From Candidatus Lindowbacteria bacterium RIFCSPLOWO2_12_FULL_62_27 (lineage in GTDB: Bacteria > Lindowbacteria > 2-12-FULL-62-27), in NCBI GenBank assembly GCA_001784175.1, contig MFPR01000041.1, positions 1 to 64,000 of the forward strand: a stretch of 64,000 nt of DNA. The letters run 5' to 3'. Positions 9,286-18,118 of this stretch are shown piece by piece. How positions within the stretch are numbered: position 1 is the stretch's first letter; the number at the start of each line of letters is the position of its first letter. The position numbers and the translations under genes are program-made. The notes under the pieces are model-generated. The model had not been told where the DNA came from and searched no databases. It saw only the letters and a list, made by a program, of their open reading frames with translations.

Positions 9286-10453
9286 GCGGGGGCCGGGTAT
9301 CCTGAACAGAAGAATTTTTGCGATCTGGTTCGCGCTGGCGGCTCTCTCGGCGTACGCCGGCGCCGAGCCTCGCCGGACGGACACGTCTGTCCGCCAGGCC
9401 GTGTCAGTTGTGCTGGTCGTCGATCCGCGTCTGCCAAGCGCGCCCAAGGCGGTGGTGTCGGAGGCGCTTCAGACGGCGTCGAAGTGGATCGAGACCTGGT
9501 ATCGGAAAAGGGTGCGGTTCCGGATCGACCGGACCGAATCGGTCGATTCCTATCTGGCGGAGCCGCTGCGAAAGCTTCCGGTCCTCAACGAGTGGCGCCG
9601 GTTTTCTTATTCGCTCGACGGGACGGACACGGTGATGCGGTTCCTCTCACAGCAGTCGGACGTCCTGCGCGCCCTGCCGATCGACGCGCTGCGATCCTAC
9701 GTGCCGGCTTCAATCCGAAGCCGGATCACGACGCCCGAACAGGCCGCGCTGAACCTTCTGCTGATCTATGATGAAAAATACAGGCTCTGGAAAAGCCTCC
9801 GGACGCCCGCCGGGATGCCTTTTTTCGATACAGCCCTGCCGATGAAGCACAGCTACTGGCACTGGGAGCGGGTCTTTGAAACGGTGTGGCCGGACAGCGT
9901 GACGGACCACCTGATCGTGACGAACGTGATGCTGCTGGACGACGCCCTTTCGGACGCGCCACCCCACAGTCTGTTGCGCGGGGGACTCCTCAACGGATTT
10001 TCGGAGGAGGAATGCCCGCAGGCGATCGTGTCGACGTTTCCGATCTTCACGGATTTCCCGGCGATCTCGGATTTGAGGGATTCCGGGGAATTCACGAAAA
10101 AGGACCGGCTCCTCGCGCTGTCCCACATCATCGCGCACGAGTTCGGCGCGCATGTCGTCGAGGGCCTCCGCGACGTCTACGACCACGAGGCGTGCCTTGC
10201 GGTGCCGACATCGGGCCTCGCCTATCAGACGACGATCCGGCGCCTCTTTCAGGGCAAACCGTGCCGCCGTGGCCACCCGAAGATCAACCGCGCCGTCAAC
10301 CTGGCCAACCGCTACGAGAACCTCGCGCGGCGGTACTTGGAAATCAAAGAATACGGCAAGGCCAAGGCCGCCGTCGAACGCGCCATCGCGATCGACCCAA
10401 AGCGCCCGTTGGTGAAACTCATGCTGAGGCAGATCGAGAAGAAGTTGAAGTAG
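9218..10453 (+). CDS. Exported protein with atypical zincin-like motif and C-terminal TPR; true start uncertain (probably near 9300)
   Basis: Signal-peptide-like NRRIFAIWFALAALSAYAG, IIAHEFGAHVVEGLRD..DH..C and TPR YENLARRYL..KEYGKAKAAVERAIAIDP. Confidence 0.6.
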   Translation: MNSACRTTIRRLDTIGKLRSSNRRGPGILNRRIFAIWFALAALSAYAGAEPRRTDTSVRQAVSVVLVVDPRLPSAPKAVVSEALQTASKWIETWYRKRVRFRIDRTESVDSYLAEPLRKLPVLNEWRRFSYSLDGTDTVMRFLSQQSDVLRALPIDALRSYVPASIRSRITTPEQAALNLLLIYDEKYRLWKSLRTPAGMPFFDTALPMKHSYWHWERVFETVWPDSVTDHLIVTNVMLLDDALSDAPPHSLLRGGLLNGFSEEECPQAIVSTFPIFTDFPAISDLRDSGEFTKKDRLLALSHIIAHEFGAHVVEGLRDVYDHEACLAVPTSGLAYQTTIRRLFQGKPCRRGHPKINRAVNLANRYENLARRYLEIKEYGKAKAAVERAIAIDPKRPLVKLMLRQIEKKLK

Positions 10454-10456
10454 TCG

Positions 10457-11560
10457 TTATTTTTTACCCAAGATGCCGTTCCAGCGGTCCAGATTCTCCT
10501 TTTGATCCTTGAATAATCGTTCCGTCGAGCCTTCGATCGTGACTTTCTGTATCCGGTCGCCTTGGGTGATTTTGTCGACCACGTCCTGGCCCTGGACGAC
10601 GCGGCCGAACACAGAGTGCTTGCCGTCGAGCCAGGGGGTGGCCTTGTGGGTGATGAAGAACTGGCTGCCGTTGGTGCGGGGGCCGGCGTTGGCCATGGAG
10701 AGAATCCCGCGGGTGTTGTGTTTGAGCCTCGGGTGGAATTCGTCCTGAAACTGATAGCCCGGCCCGCCCGCGCCCGTGCCGGTCGGATCGCCGCCCTGGA
10801 CCATGAAGTCCTTGATGACCCGGTGGAATGTGAGCCCGTTGTAGTATCCGCGGAGCGCGAGGTTCGTGAAATTCGTCACCGTGACCGGCGCCTCGTTCGG
10901 ATAGAGCTCCACCGTAATGTCGCCCTGCGTCGTGGACAGCACGGCGATCAAGCCTTCGTAGGGCACGGGACTGGTTTCGGACGAAGCGTCGTTCATAACC
11001 ATGGCTGTATCAATCACGATAGTTTCTTTCGGAAGCTTTTTGAACTCCCCCCCCTTATTTTCCGTCGGGCTCTCCGAAATCTGCGTGACGACATCCCAGC
11101 CCTCCACGACCCGCCCGAAGGCCGAATAACAGGCGGGATGGCCGCCCTGCCAGTTGTCGAGGTAGGCGTTGTCCGCCACGTTGATGAGGAACTGCGCGGT
11201 CGCGCCGCCGGATGATCCGGCGCAGGCCGTCGCGACCGTGCCGGCCGTGTTCTTGAGCGCCTTGCCGGTGTCGGCCGGAAGGTCCAGCCCGGCCGGTTTG
11301 ATCTTGAGGTCGCGGGTGAATCCGCCGGCCTGGATGAGGGCGCCCTTGATCACGCGGTGGAACACGGTGCCGTCGTAGTGCCCGCGCCGGACGAAATCGA
11401 GAAAATTCTTCACGGCCACCGGCATCCGGCCTTCGTCCAACTCCAACAGGATTTCGCCTTTCGACGTGACAAGCTTGACCTGCGGCGTCTCGGCGCCCGC
11501 GGTAGCCGTCAAGATCGTGATGCACAGCCATCCCATCGCAAACAGGTGTGACAGCTTCAT
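10457..11560 (-). CDS. Exported peptidyl-prolyl cis-trans isomerase with two cyclophilin domains
   Basis: Signal peptide, then two copies of Y.G..FHRVIK..Q.GG and QF.I...LD...FGRVV.G. The second domain is canonical ([17 protein letters not shown]...WLDGKH). Confidence 0.92.
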   Translation of the reverse strand: MKLSHLFAMGWLCITILTATAGAETPQVKLVTSKGEILLELDEGRMPVAVKNFLDFVRRGHYDGTVFHRVIKGALIQAGGFTRDLKIKPAGLDLPADTGKALKNTAGTVATACAGSSGGATAQFLINVADNAYLDNWQGGHPACYSAFGRVVEGWDVVTQISESPTENKGGEFKKLPKETIVIDTAMVMNDASSETSPVPYEGLIAVLSTTQGDITVELYPNEAPVTVTNFTNLALRGYYNGLTFHRVIKDFMVQGGDPTGTGAGGPGYQFQDEFHPRLKHNTRGILSMANAGPRTNGSQFFITHKATPWLDGKHSVFGRVVQGQDVVDKITQGDRIQKVTIEGSTERLFKDQKENLDRWNGILGKK

Positions 11561-11622
11561 GCCCAAAAATATATCACACCTTCTTCTTGACAGGAAACCC
11601 GCCGGCTGGGGAAAATTACCGT

Positions 11623-12291
11623 ATGGCTATTTCATCGACCTTTCTCTTTTCCCTTTCCGGCCTCCAGACCGCCGTGGACCGGCAGGCGGTGACGGCTCAC
11701 AATGTCGCGAACGTGCAGACGGCTGGATTCAAGGCGCATCGCGCGACCCAGGCGGACCTGCGGACGGGCGGGACAAGGATCAACGCGATCGATACGCTTG
11801 CGGCACAGGGGCCGATCCTCCGGACGGGCGGCGTGATGGATCTGGCGGTCGCCGGGGACGGGTTTTTTCAGGTGCGAACCGCGGCCGGCGCCGTTCAGTT
11901 GACGCGCGACGGCAGTTTCAGGCTCGACGGGCAGGGCCGGCTTGCCGACGCTCAGGGGAATCTGCTTGAGCCGCCGATGACCGTGCCCGCCGGGGCGCAG
12001 GCGTTGCAGGTGATGTCGGACGGCCGCGTCGGCGCCGTGATGCCGGACGGGTCGGTCGAGGCGATCGGGCAGATCCAACTCGCGAGGGCGGCCGTCGGCG
12101 CGCCCGCCGTGGGCGCGCCGGGGCAGGCGGGATTCGGCGCCCTGATCCCGGGCGCGCTGGAGGGATCCAATGTTGATCTCGTGAATGAAATGGTCAACCA
12201 GATCGTGGATCACCGCGCATTCGAAGCCAATCTCAAGCCCATCCAAACCGCCGACGAGATGCTCGGCACCGTACTCGATCTCAGGCAATAG
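11623..12291 (+). CDS. Flagellar basal-body rod/hook family protein (FlgF/FlgG-like), orphan
   Basis: [54 protein letters not shown]...[16 protein letters not shown]. Confidence 0.88.
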   Translation: MAISSTFLFSLSGLQTAVDRQAVTAHNVANVQTAGFKAHRATQADLRTGGTRINAIDTLAAQGPILRTGGVMDLAVAGDGFFQVRTAAGAVQLTRDGSFRLDGQGRLADAQGNLLEPPMTVPAGAQALQVMSDGRVGAVMPDGSVEAIGQIQLARAAVGAPAVGAPGQAGFGALIPGALEGSNVDLVNEMVNQIVDHRAFEANLKPIQTADEMLGTVLDLRQ

Positions 12292-12303
12292 GCTGGCGAA
12301 ACG

Positions 12304-12360
12304 TAACTATTCACCTCCTCTCCCCCCGGAGGGGGGAGAGGATTGAGGTGAGGGGGGTGG
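12304..12360 (+). repeat. Palindromic REP-like element, family 1 (half copy)
   Basis: taactattcacctcctctcccccc..ggggggagaggattgaggtgagggggg, shared with 40117-40240, 44485-44607 and 56277-56398. Confidence 0.85.
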
Positions 12361-14054
12361 CCGGCCGCTCTTCGGTCCTGCTCTGTCTTCTCCTTTTTCT
12401 GATTTCGGCGATCGCGTTCTGGGATGTGTCCCGCTGCGATTTCATCAACTATGACGATTACGATTACGTTATTCAGGTGCCGGAAATCCGAAACGGCCTG
12501 TCGTGGGCCGGCCTCACGTGGTCCTTTAAAACCGGCCTGACCGATTTCAGCCGGAATTTCATGTGGACGCCCGCCGTCTCCGTATCCCATCAGGTCCTGT
12601 TTCATTTCTTCGGGCTGGATCCGCAGCCGCACCATCTGGTCAATGTCGCGATACACGCGCTCAACGCGATCCTCCTGTTTCTCGCGCTCGTGCGCCTGAC
12701 CGGCGCATCCGGTCCAAGCGCCGTTGTCGCCGCCGTGTGGGCGGTCCATCCGCTGCGCGTCGAGTCGGTGGCGTGGGTGGTGGAGCGCAAGGATGTCCTG
12801 AGCGCGTTTTTCTGGAACCTCACGATTCTCGCGTACGCGCGGTATGCCGCGTCGCCCGGCGTCCAGCGGTATCTGATCACGGCGCTGGCGTTTTTCCTGT
12901 GCCTGCTCACAAAACCGGCGGTGGCGCCGTTGCCGCTCGTGCTGTGGCTTCTGGACTTCTGGCCTCTGAACAGGATTCGTTTCCGACCGTTCGACGCGGC
13001 GGCGTGGCGGAAAACATTCATGGAAAAACTGCCGATGCTCGGACTTTCCGTGGGACTCGCGCTCTGGACCGCGTCGCATCTTTCAAAGGAAATCGACAGC
13101 CGCGCCGTCCCCTTCGCGCTTCAAGCGTCGAACGCCGTGATCTCGTATGTTTCGTACATCGGAAAACTCTTTTGGCCGACCGCGCTGGCGGTTTTTTATC
13201 CCTTCCCGGAAACGACGTATCCGGCGTGGCAGATTTTGTCGACGGGGGCTGTTCTTATCGCCATCACCGTGATCTGCCTCAGGTACTCGGGCCGGTTTCC
13301 GTATCTCGCGGTCGGCTGGTTCTGGTACCTCCTCAGCCTTCTTCCGATGATCGGACTCGTCCGGTTCGCGATGGCCGACCGGTATACGTATATTTCCCAC
13401 GTTGGCCTGCTGATGGCCCTGGCGTGGGGTGCCGCCGAACTGTTGTCTCGAAGCCCCCGTATCTGCTGGATCGCGGCGGTCGTGACGGTCGGCTTGCTCC
13501 TCGCGCTGACCCGCGCACAGGTGCGGCACTGGGAAAACAGCGTCACCCTCTTTGAGCAGGCCCTCCGGGTCACGGACCGCAATTTTCTCGCGCATCAGAA
13601 CCTTGGTTCGGCCCTCGCCGAACGCGGCCGGACGGACGAGGCGATCGTTCAGTATCAGGCGTCGCTCCGTATCCGGTCCGACAACGCCGACGTCTACAAC
13701 AATCTCGGAAACGCGCTGGCCCGGACCGGAAAATTGCAGGAAGCGGTCGACCAATACAGCCAGGCGCTGCGGTATCCGACGCGGCATCTGGCGACGGTGT
13801 ACCGGAATCTCGGAACCGCCCTGTACCAACTGGGCCGGCCGGCCGACGCCATGAGGAATCTGGAAGCGGCGCTGAACCTGGAACCGCGCGACGCGCTCAC
13901 CCATTACCTCCTGGGAAACGCGCTGGCCGAACAGGGGAGACTGCGGGACGCGGCGCGCCATTTTTCCGAAGCGGTGCGCCTCAATCCGAACGACGCCGCG
14001 GCCCGGCGGAACTTGGAGCGGGCGCAGGCGATTTTGTCAGAAAAAACTCAGTAA
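12348..14054 (+). CDS. TMTC-like GT-C membrane glycosyltransferase with C-terminal TPR repeats
   Basis: FINYDDYDYV, HHLVNVAIHALN, AVHPLRVESVAWVVERKDVLS, ADRYTY, WENSVTLF, followed by several TPRs. Confidence 0.88.
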   Translation: MRGVAGRSSVLLCLLLFLISAIAFWDVSRCDFINYDDYDYVIQVPEIRNGLSWAGLTWSFKTGLTDFSRNFMWTPAVSVSHQVLFHFFGLDPQPHHLVNVAIHALNAILLFLALVRLTGASGPSAVVAAVWAVHPLRVESVAWVVERKDVLSAFFWNLTILAYARYAASPGVQRYLITALAFFLCLLTKPAVAPLPLVLWLLDFWPLNRIRFRPFDAAAWRKTFMEKLPMLGLSVGLALWTASHLSKEIDSRAVPFALQASNAVISYVSYIGKLFWPTALAVFYPFPETTYPAWQILSTGAVLIAITVICLRYSGRFPYLAVGWFWYLLSLLPMIGLVRFAMADRYTYISHVGLLMALAWGAAELLSRSPRICWIAAVVTVGLLLALTRAQVRHWENSVTLFEQALRVTDRNFLAHQNLGSALAERGRTDEAIVQYQASLRIRSDNADVYNNLGNALARTGKLQEAVDQYSQALRYPTRHLATVYRNLGTALYQLGRPADAMRNLEAALNLEPRDALTHYLLGNALAEQGRLRDAARHFSEAVRLNPNDAAARRNLERAQAILSEKTQ

Positions 14055-15158
14055 CTTCTGAATGACTTCCTCCAATTCGGAGTGCGGGGTCGACGCGCCT
14101 GCGGTCAGGCCGACCGACACGGGCGGGGCGGGCAGCCAGTTTCGCTGTGTGACCGGCCGGGGCTGGTCGGTGGGCAGATAGGTGATGGCGTTGCGGTCGA
14201 AACAATCCGCGCGTTCGATGTGATACACGGGGACGCCGCAGGTCTTGTGCGCGGTGATGGCCAGATTGCGGGTATTGGAGCTGGCATGGCCTCCGACGTC
14301 GATGAAGAGGTCCATGCGTTCCTGCCGGGCCAGCCGCCCGACGGCGTCTTGGCGGTCCTGGGTGGCGGAACAGATGGTTTTCATGGCGTGGAAGTTTCGC
14401 GTGTCCCCGTCGCGGGCTGAAATGGCCTCGCGGAACATCTCGAAAATTTCGAGCGACTCGTTCATGAGCATGGTGGTCTGGTTGGCCATGCCGATCCGGC
14501 GCAGATGAAGGTCGGGGTCGAATCCGGGTGAGTGGGCCCGCGCGAAGGTGTGGAGGATCGACTCGCGTGATTCCTGCCCGCGGAGGAACCGGCAGACCTG
14601 CGCCGCCTCGACGGTGTCGCGGATGATCAGGTAGTGATCGGCGAAGGAACTCGTTGCGATTGATTCCTGATGCTCGACCTTTCCGTGGATCACCGCGGTA
14701 AAGCCGCTTCGGCTGAACTCGGTTACCTCCTCCTCGACGGTCCGCACTTCCGGGCAGGTCGTGTCGACCGAGACGAAGTGCCGGTCGCGGATTTTCTGGA
14801 AAATGTCCTTGCGCGTGCCGAAGGCGGGCACGACCACGACGGCGTCCGGCTCGATCCGGTCGATCTCGTCGGGATCCAGAAACACGGCGCCGCGCTTCTG
14901 AAGCTCCGTGTTGACATGCGGGTTGTGGATGAGGTCGCCGAGGACATAGATTTTTTTGTCCGAGTATTTCTGCAGGGTGTCGTAGACGGCTTCGATCGCG
15001 TAGAGCACGCCGTAACAGAACCCCCAGACGCCGGCCAGCCGCATCGTGAGGCCGTTTTTCTCGATAAGGTGAAACCCCATCCGCACGCCGTTCTCCTCCG
15101 TCCAGTCCCGCCGGGTGGCCTTCTTCAGGATGTCTTTCCGGAGCAGTTCCTGTTTCAT
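14037..15158 (-). CDS. ispH: 4-hydroxy-3-methylbut-2-enyl diphosphate reductase
   Basis: GFCYGV, LIHNPHVN, PAFG, DTTCPEV, HGK..HQE, NQTTML, TICSATQDRQ, GG..SSNT, TAGASTP. Confidence 0.95.
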   Translation of the reverse strand: MKQELLRKDILKKATRRDWTEENGVRMGFHLIEKNGLTMRLAGVWGFCYGVLYAIEAVYDTLQKYSDKKIYVLGDLIHNPHVNTELQKRGAVFLDPDEIDRIEPDAVVVVPAFGTRKDIFQKIRDRHFVSVDTTCPEVRTVEEEVTEFSRSGFTAVIHGKVEHQESIATSSFADHYLIIRDTVEAAQVCRFLRGQESRESILHTFARAHSPGFDPDLHLRRIGMANQTTMLMNESLEIFEMFREAISARDGDTRNFHAMKTICSATQDRQDAVGRLARQERMDLFIDVGGHASSNTRNLAITAHKTCGVPVYHIERADCFDRNAITYLPTDQPRPVTQRNWLPAPPVSVGLTAGASTPHSELEEVIQKLLSFF

Positions 15159-15167
15159 GGTTCGGAA

Positions 15168-15917
15168 CTAGAGCTCGTCGCAGAGTTCCTTGAAGGATTT
15201 CTTGATGCACGTGAAAATCGGCGTGTCCCGCTCGGTGTACGGCCGGGCCTTGCCGGTGCGCAGCTCCATGACGAGGTCGAGGAAATCGCCGGGCTGGTCG
15301 CTCTCGAAGGCCACGACGAACTCCTGATCGTCCAGGCCGTAGGAATACGTGGTGTTGATCCGGACGGTGGGGTATTTGTGCCCGACCTCGATGTGCTCGT
15401 TCATCATCTGCTGCCGGTCCGCCATCGGGAGCTGATACCAGTCATGGGTTTTGACGAAGGGATAAATGAACAGGTATTTCGCTTCGCCTGGCTCGATGGT
15501 GAGCCGCGTGCCTTCCTGGCCCGGGTGGCGATGCTTGTCGACATACATGGATTTTCTGGTCATGGCCAGATACGCGTAGGCCGAATCGAGGTAGGGGCCG
15601 ATCGAGAGTTTGTTGAGCGCGCCGGACATGGTGTTGAAATCATCCATCTGGGCTGATATCCGCCAGAGCAGAAAGTCGGTGTCAGGCCGCGTGCCGACGG
15701 TCGAATAGGTATAGAGCTTGACGCGGCTCGACCAGGTTTGGAGGTACTCCTGAAATTGCCGGATGGCCGTTTCCCGCGCGCGCGCGTCCAGTTTCCGGAA
15801 ATCGGTCTGGACCTTGTAGAACGCGTAGGAAACGAAATGCCGCATCGCCTTTTCCGGTGCGTCGGTCGCGCCGGCCGCGCGGTCAGGCGCGTTTTCGACA
15901 GAGGCCGGTCGGGTCAT
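15168..15917 (-). CDS. Chlorite dismutase family protein, probably coproheme decarboxylase (ChdC/HemQ)
   Basis: YS.VGTR.D.DFLLW, YPFVKT.DWY.L...RQ.MM.EHI.VG.KYP, TTYSYGLDDQEFVVAFE, ELR...R.YT.RDTPIF. Confidence 0.85.
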   Translation of the reverse strand: MTRPASVENAPDRAAGATDAPEKAMRHFVSYAFYKVQTDFRKLDARARETAIRQFQEYLQTWSSRVKLYTYSTVGTRPDTDFLLWRISAQMDDFNTMSGALNKLSIGPYLDSAYAYLAMTRKSMYVDKHRHPGQEGTRLTIEPGEAKYLFIYPFVKTHDWYQLPMADRQQMMNEHIEVGHKYPTVRINTTYSYGLDDQEFVVAFESDQPGDFLDLVMELRTGKARPYTERDTPIFTCIKKSFKELCDEL

Positions 15918-17025
15918 GTTTTTGAAACCAGGCGCGATGGACGCTGGGCACGGGGCAGGGCGGTTTCATGCCGAGCTCGCGTCCGGAAACCAGGACGCGG
16001 GTTGCGCGGATATCAATGCCTGCCTCCCCCGCAGCGGCGTCGATGGCCGTTTTGCGTTCCTTGATCCACTCGAAGGACGGGCCGTGAAGCATGGCGTACA
16101 AACGATATGGAATGTCTTCATAGCGCGTGCGCAGATACGCGTGGGTGACGGCGGCGAATTTGGGAATGAGGGCGCTCAGGCGGTCGACCTGCTCGTCCCG
16201 CACGTCCCACTGGCACATCCCGTTGGCGGAGATGCCGGCGTTGCGGTGGTTGAGGATGACCGAAAACCGCCGCAGGATTTTTTTATTCTGCAAGTCCCGC
16301 ATCCGTATTTCAAAATCGGCAGGGTCCATTCCCGCCGCTCGCGCCCGCAGCGCGTAGGGCTCGTCGGCGCCGCATTCCGGCGATCCTTCGGAGAAGTCGA
16401 CCGGCTCCCAGAGCAATTCGAGACAGCGCTCCTCCGCCTCGCTCAGAATCGATCCCTTTGCATCGGGCTGGACCACCTCGGCGGCTTCGTCCGCCAGATC
16501 CCCCGCTTTTTTTTCGGACGCCGCCGTATGCGCGACCTGGATTTTCAGCATCCGCTCCGCGAACAGGACCCGCACGGCGGCGCCTCCGCAGAGGTCCCGG
16601 AGCCGCTCGGCGGTCGATTCGAGCGACCATTCGGGCGGGACCGCGAGTGTGAACCACACGTTGTAGCCCTTGTCGCCGCGCAGGTAACAGTGGCTGACGC
16701 CCGGGTGGTTCGTGAGGACTTCTGCGGCGCGGTTGACCTGCGCGGAGTCGGCGGCGAGCGCGACGAGCGCGGTGTTGGTTTTCCCGACGAGCTTGCCGGT
16801 TTCAAGAATCCACCGGGAATACCGGACCTGCCCGGCCCTGGTCAAATCCCGTATGCGGTCCCGAACTTCAGCGCCACCCACCGATGTCTTGTATTTTTTT
16901 TGCGCCATGGCCGCGAGTTGGTCCCATGGCTGATGCGAGAACGGCTGGCCGGCCAGCCCGGCCTCGCCGGTTTTGAGGAGGGCGCGATTGATGGGGTCCT
17001 CCATGAGTTTCTGCGCGTCGATCAT
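15883..17025 (-). CDS. Fused siroheme decarboxylase AhbA/AhbB (NirDL/GH-like, two AsnC-type modules)
   Basis: First module HPGVSHCYLR...YNVWFTLAVP. Second module RRFSVILNHR.AG..ANGMCQW...AVTHAYLR...PY.LYAMLHG. Start placed at ATG 17025. Confidence 0.82.
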   Translation of the reverse strand: MIDAQKLMEDPINRALLKTGEAGLAGQPFSHQPWDQLAAMAQKKYKTSVGGAEVRDRIRDLTRAGQVRYSRWILETGKLVGKTNTALVALAADSAQVNRAAEVLTNHPGVSHCYLRGDKGYNVWFTLAVPPEWSLESTAERLRDLCGGAAVRVLFAERMLKIQVAHTAASEKKAGDLADEAAEVVQPDAKGSILSEAEERCLELLWEPVDFSEGSPECGADEPYALRARAAGMDPADFEIRMRDLQNKKILRRFSVILNHRNAGISANGMCQWDVRDEQVDRLSALIPKFAAVTHAYLRTRYEDIPYRLYAMLHGPSFEWIKERKTAIDAAAGEAGIDIRATRVLVSGRELGMKPPCPVPSVHRAWFQKHDPTGLCRKRA

Positions 17026-17039
17026 GCCGGTGGCGGGGC

Positions 17040-18083
17040 TCAAGAAATTTTTGCGGCCGGCGCCGGCGCCGGCTTTGTCTTGGAATCGGACAGCGGCTGA
17101 ACGAGAGAATCCCTTAGGCCTTCGTCCCACAACCGCCGGATCCGGGCCAGATCCTCCTGCGAGAGGGCCGGGAGGTCGGCGGCGGCGCAGAACTCACGGA
17201 TCTGTTCGGAGGACGTAAAATTCGGCAGAACGGTCTTGACGCTCGGCTGGGCCAGGCAGAACTGGATGGCGGCCTGGGAGAGGCGTCGGCCAGCTTCGAG
17301 AAACTCCAGTATCTGAATCGCCGCGATCCCGGCGGCCATCCATTTTTCCTTGCGGTGGCTCCGGTGATCCGATTTCGAAAAATGTTTTTCGGGCGAGTAG
17401 CTCCGGTCGAGAAGCCCGGAGGCATGGGGCACGCGGACGATCAGGCTCTTGTTCTGCTGTTCGGCGGCCGGAAAAAATCCGGAGGAGGGGTCCTGTTCCA
17501 GGAGGCTGTAAATGATTTGAATGGCGTCGATCCCTTCACGATGGAGCGATTCCATGCCCTCGTCAAACCAGCCGATGTCCGGGCCGAGGGCGACACCGCC
17601 GATCCGGATTTTTCCCTGCGCCTTCAACTGATCCAGCGCCTCCAGAACCTCGTCGCTCCGGAGGGCGTCCATGCGTGGATTATGGAGCTGGTAGATGTCG
17701 ATATAGTCGGCGCCCAGCCGGCGCAGGCTCTCCTCGCAGGCGCGGCGGATGAAGGGCGCGGAAAAATCCTGCGGCAATTCGCTGTGCCCGCCGCGCTCCC
17801 CGGCGTGGGTGTAAATGTCGTAGCCGAACTTTGTGGCGATGACGAGCCGGTCGCGCGGCACGCCGCTTTTCCAGAACGCGTCGGCCAGCATCGTCTCGCC
17901 TAAACCGTTCCCGTAGACGTCGGCGGTGTCATAAAACGTGACGCCCGCGTCCAGGGCTTCCCGCAAAAGCCGGATTCCGGTCTGCGCGTCTTTGACGCCC
18001 CACCAGGTCGTGGCAACCGACCATACGCCAAATCCGATTTCCGAAACGGCCGTGCGACCGTCACTCAAAAATCGATACCGCAT
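17040..18083 (-). CDS. Aldo/keto reductase
   Basis: VSEIGFG.W, YDTADVYG.G, IATKFG, SLRRLGADYIDIYQLHNP, QIIYSLLEQ. Confidence 0.92.
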   Translation of the reverse strand: MRYRFLSDGRTAVSEIGFGVWSVATTWWGVKDAQTGIRLLREALDAGVTFYDTADVYGNGLGETMLADAFWKSGVPRDRLVIATKFGYDIYTHAGERGGHSELPQDFSAPFIRRACEESLRRLGADYIDIYQLHNPRMDALRSDEVLEALDQLKAQGKIRIGGVALGPDIGWFDEGMESLHREGIDAIQIIYSLLEQDPSSGFFPAAEQQNKSLIVRVPHASGLLDRSYSPEKHFSKSDHRSHRKEKWMAAGIAAIQILEFLEAGRRLSQAAIQFCLAQPSVKTVLPNFTSSEQIREFCAAADLPALSQEDLARIRRLWDEGLRDSLVQPLSDSKTKPAPAPAAKIS

Positions 18084-18089
18084 AAAATC

Positions 18090-18118
18090 AGTGTATCCTT
18101 AACGGAGTCTTGCGGCAA
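18090..18118 (-). promoter_or_regulatory. Putative sigma70 promoter TTGCCG-N17-TACACT, ending 6 nt before the aldo/keto reductase ATG (leaderless)
   Basis: Consensus match with 17-bp spacer; no Shine-Dalgarno. Confidence 0.6.

Noticed and set aside
15168-15917. Functional chlorite dismutase (perchlorate respiration)
   Set aside because: No signal peptide, and the heme-biosynthesis context favours coproheme decarboxylase.
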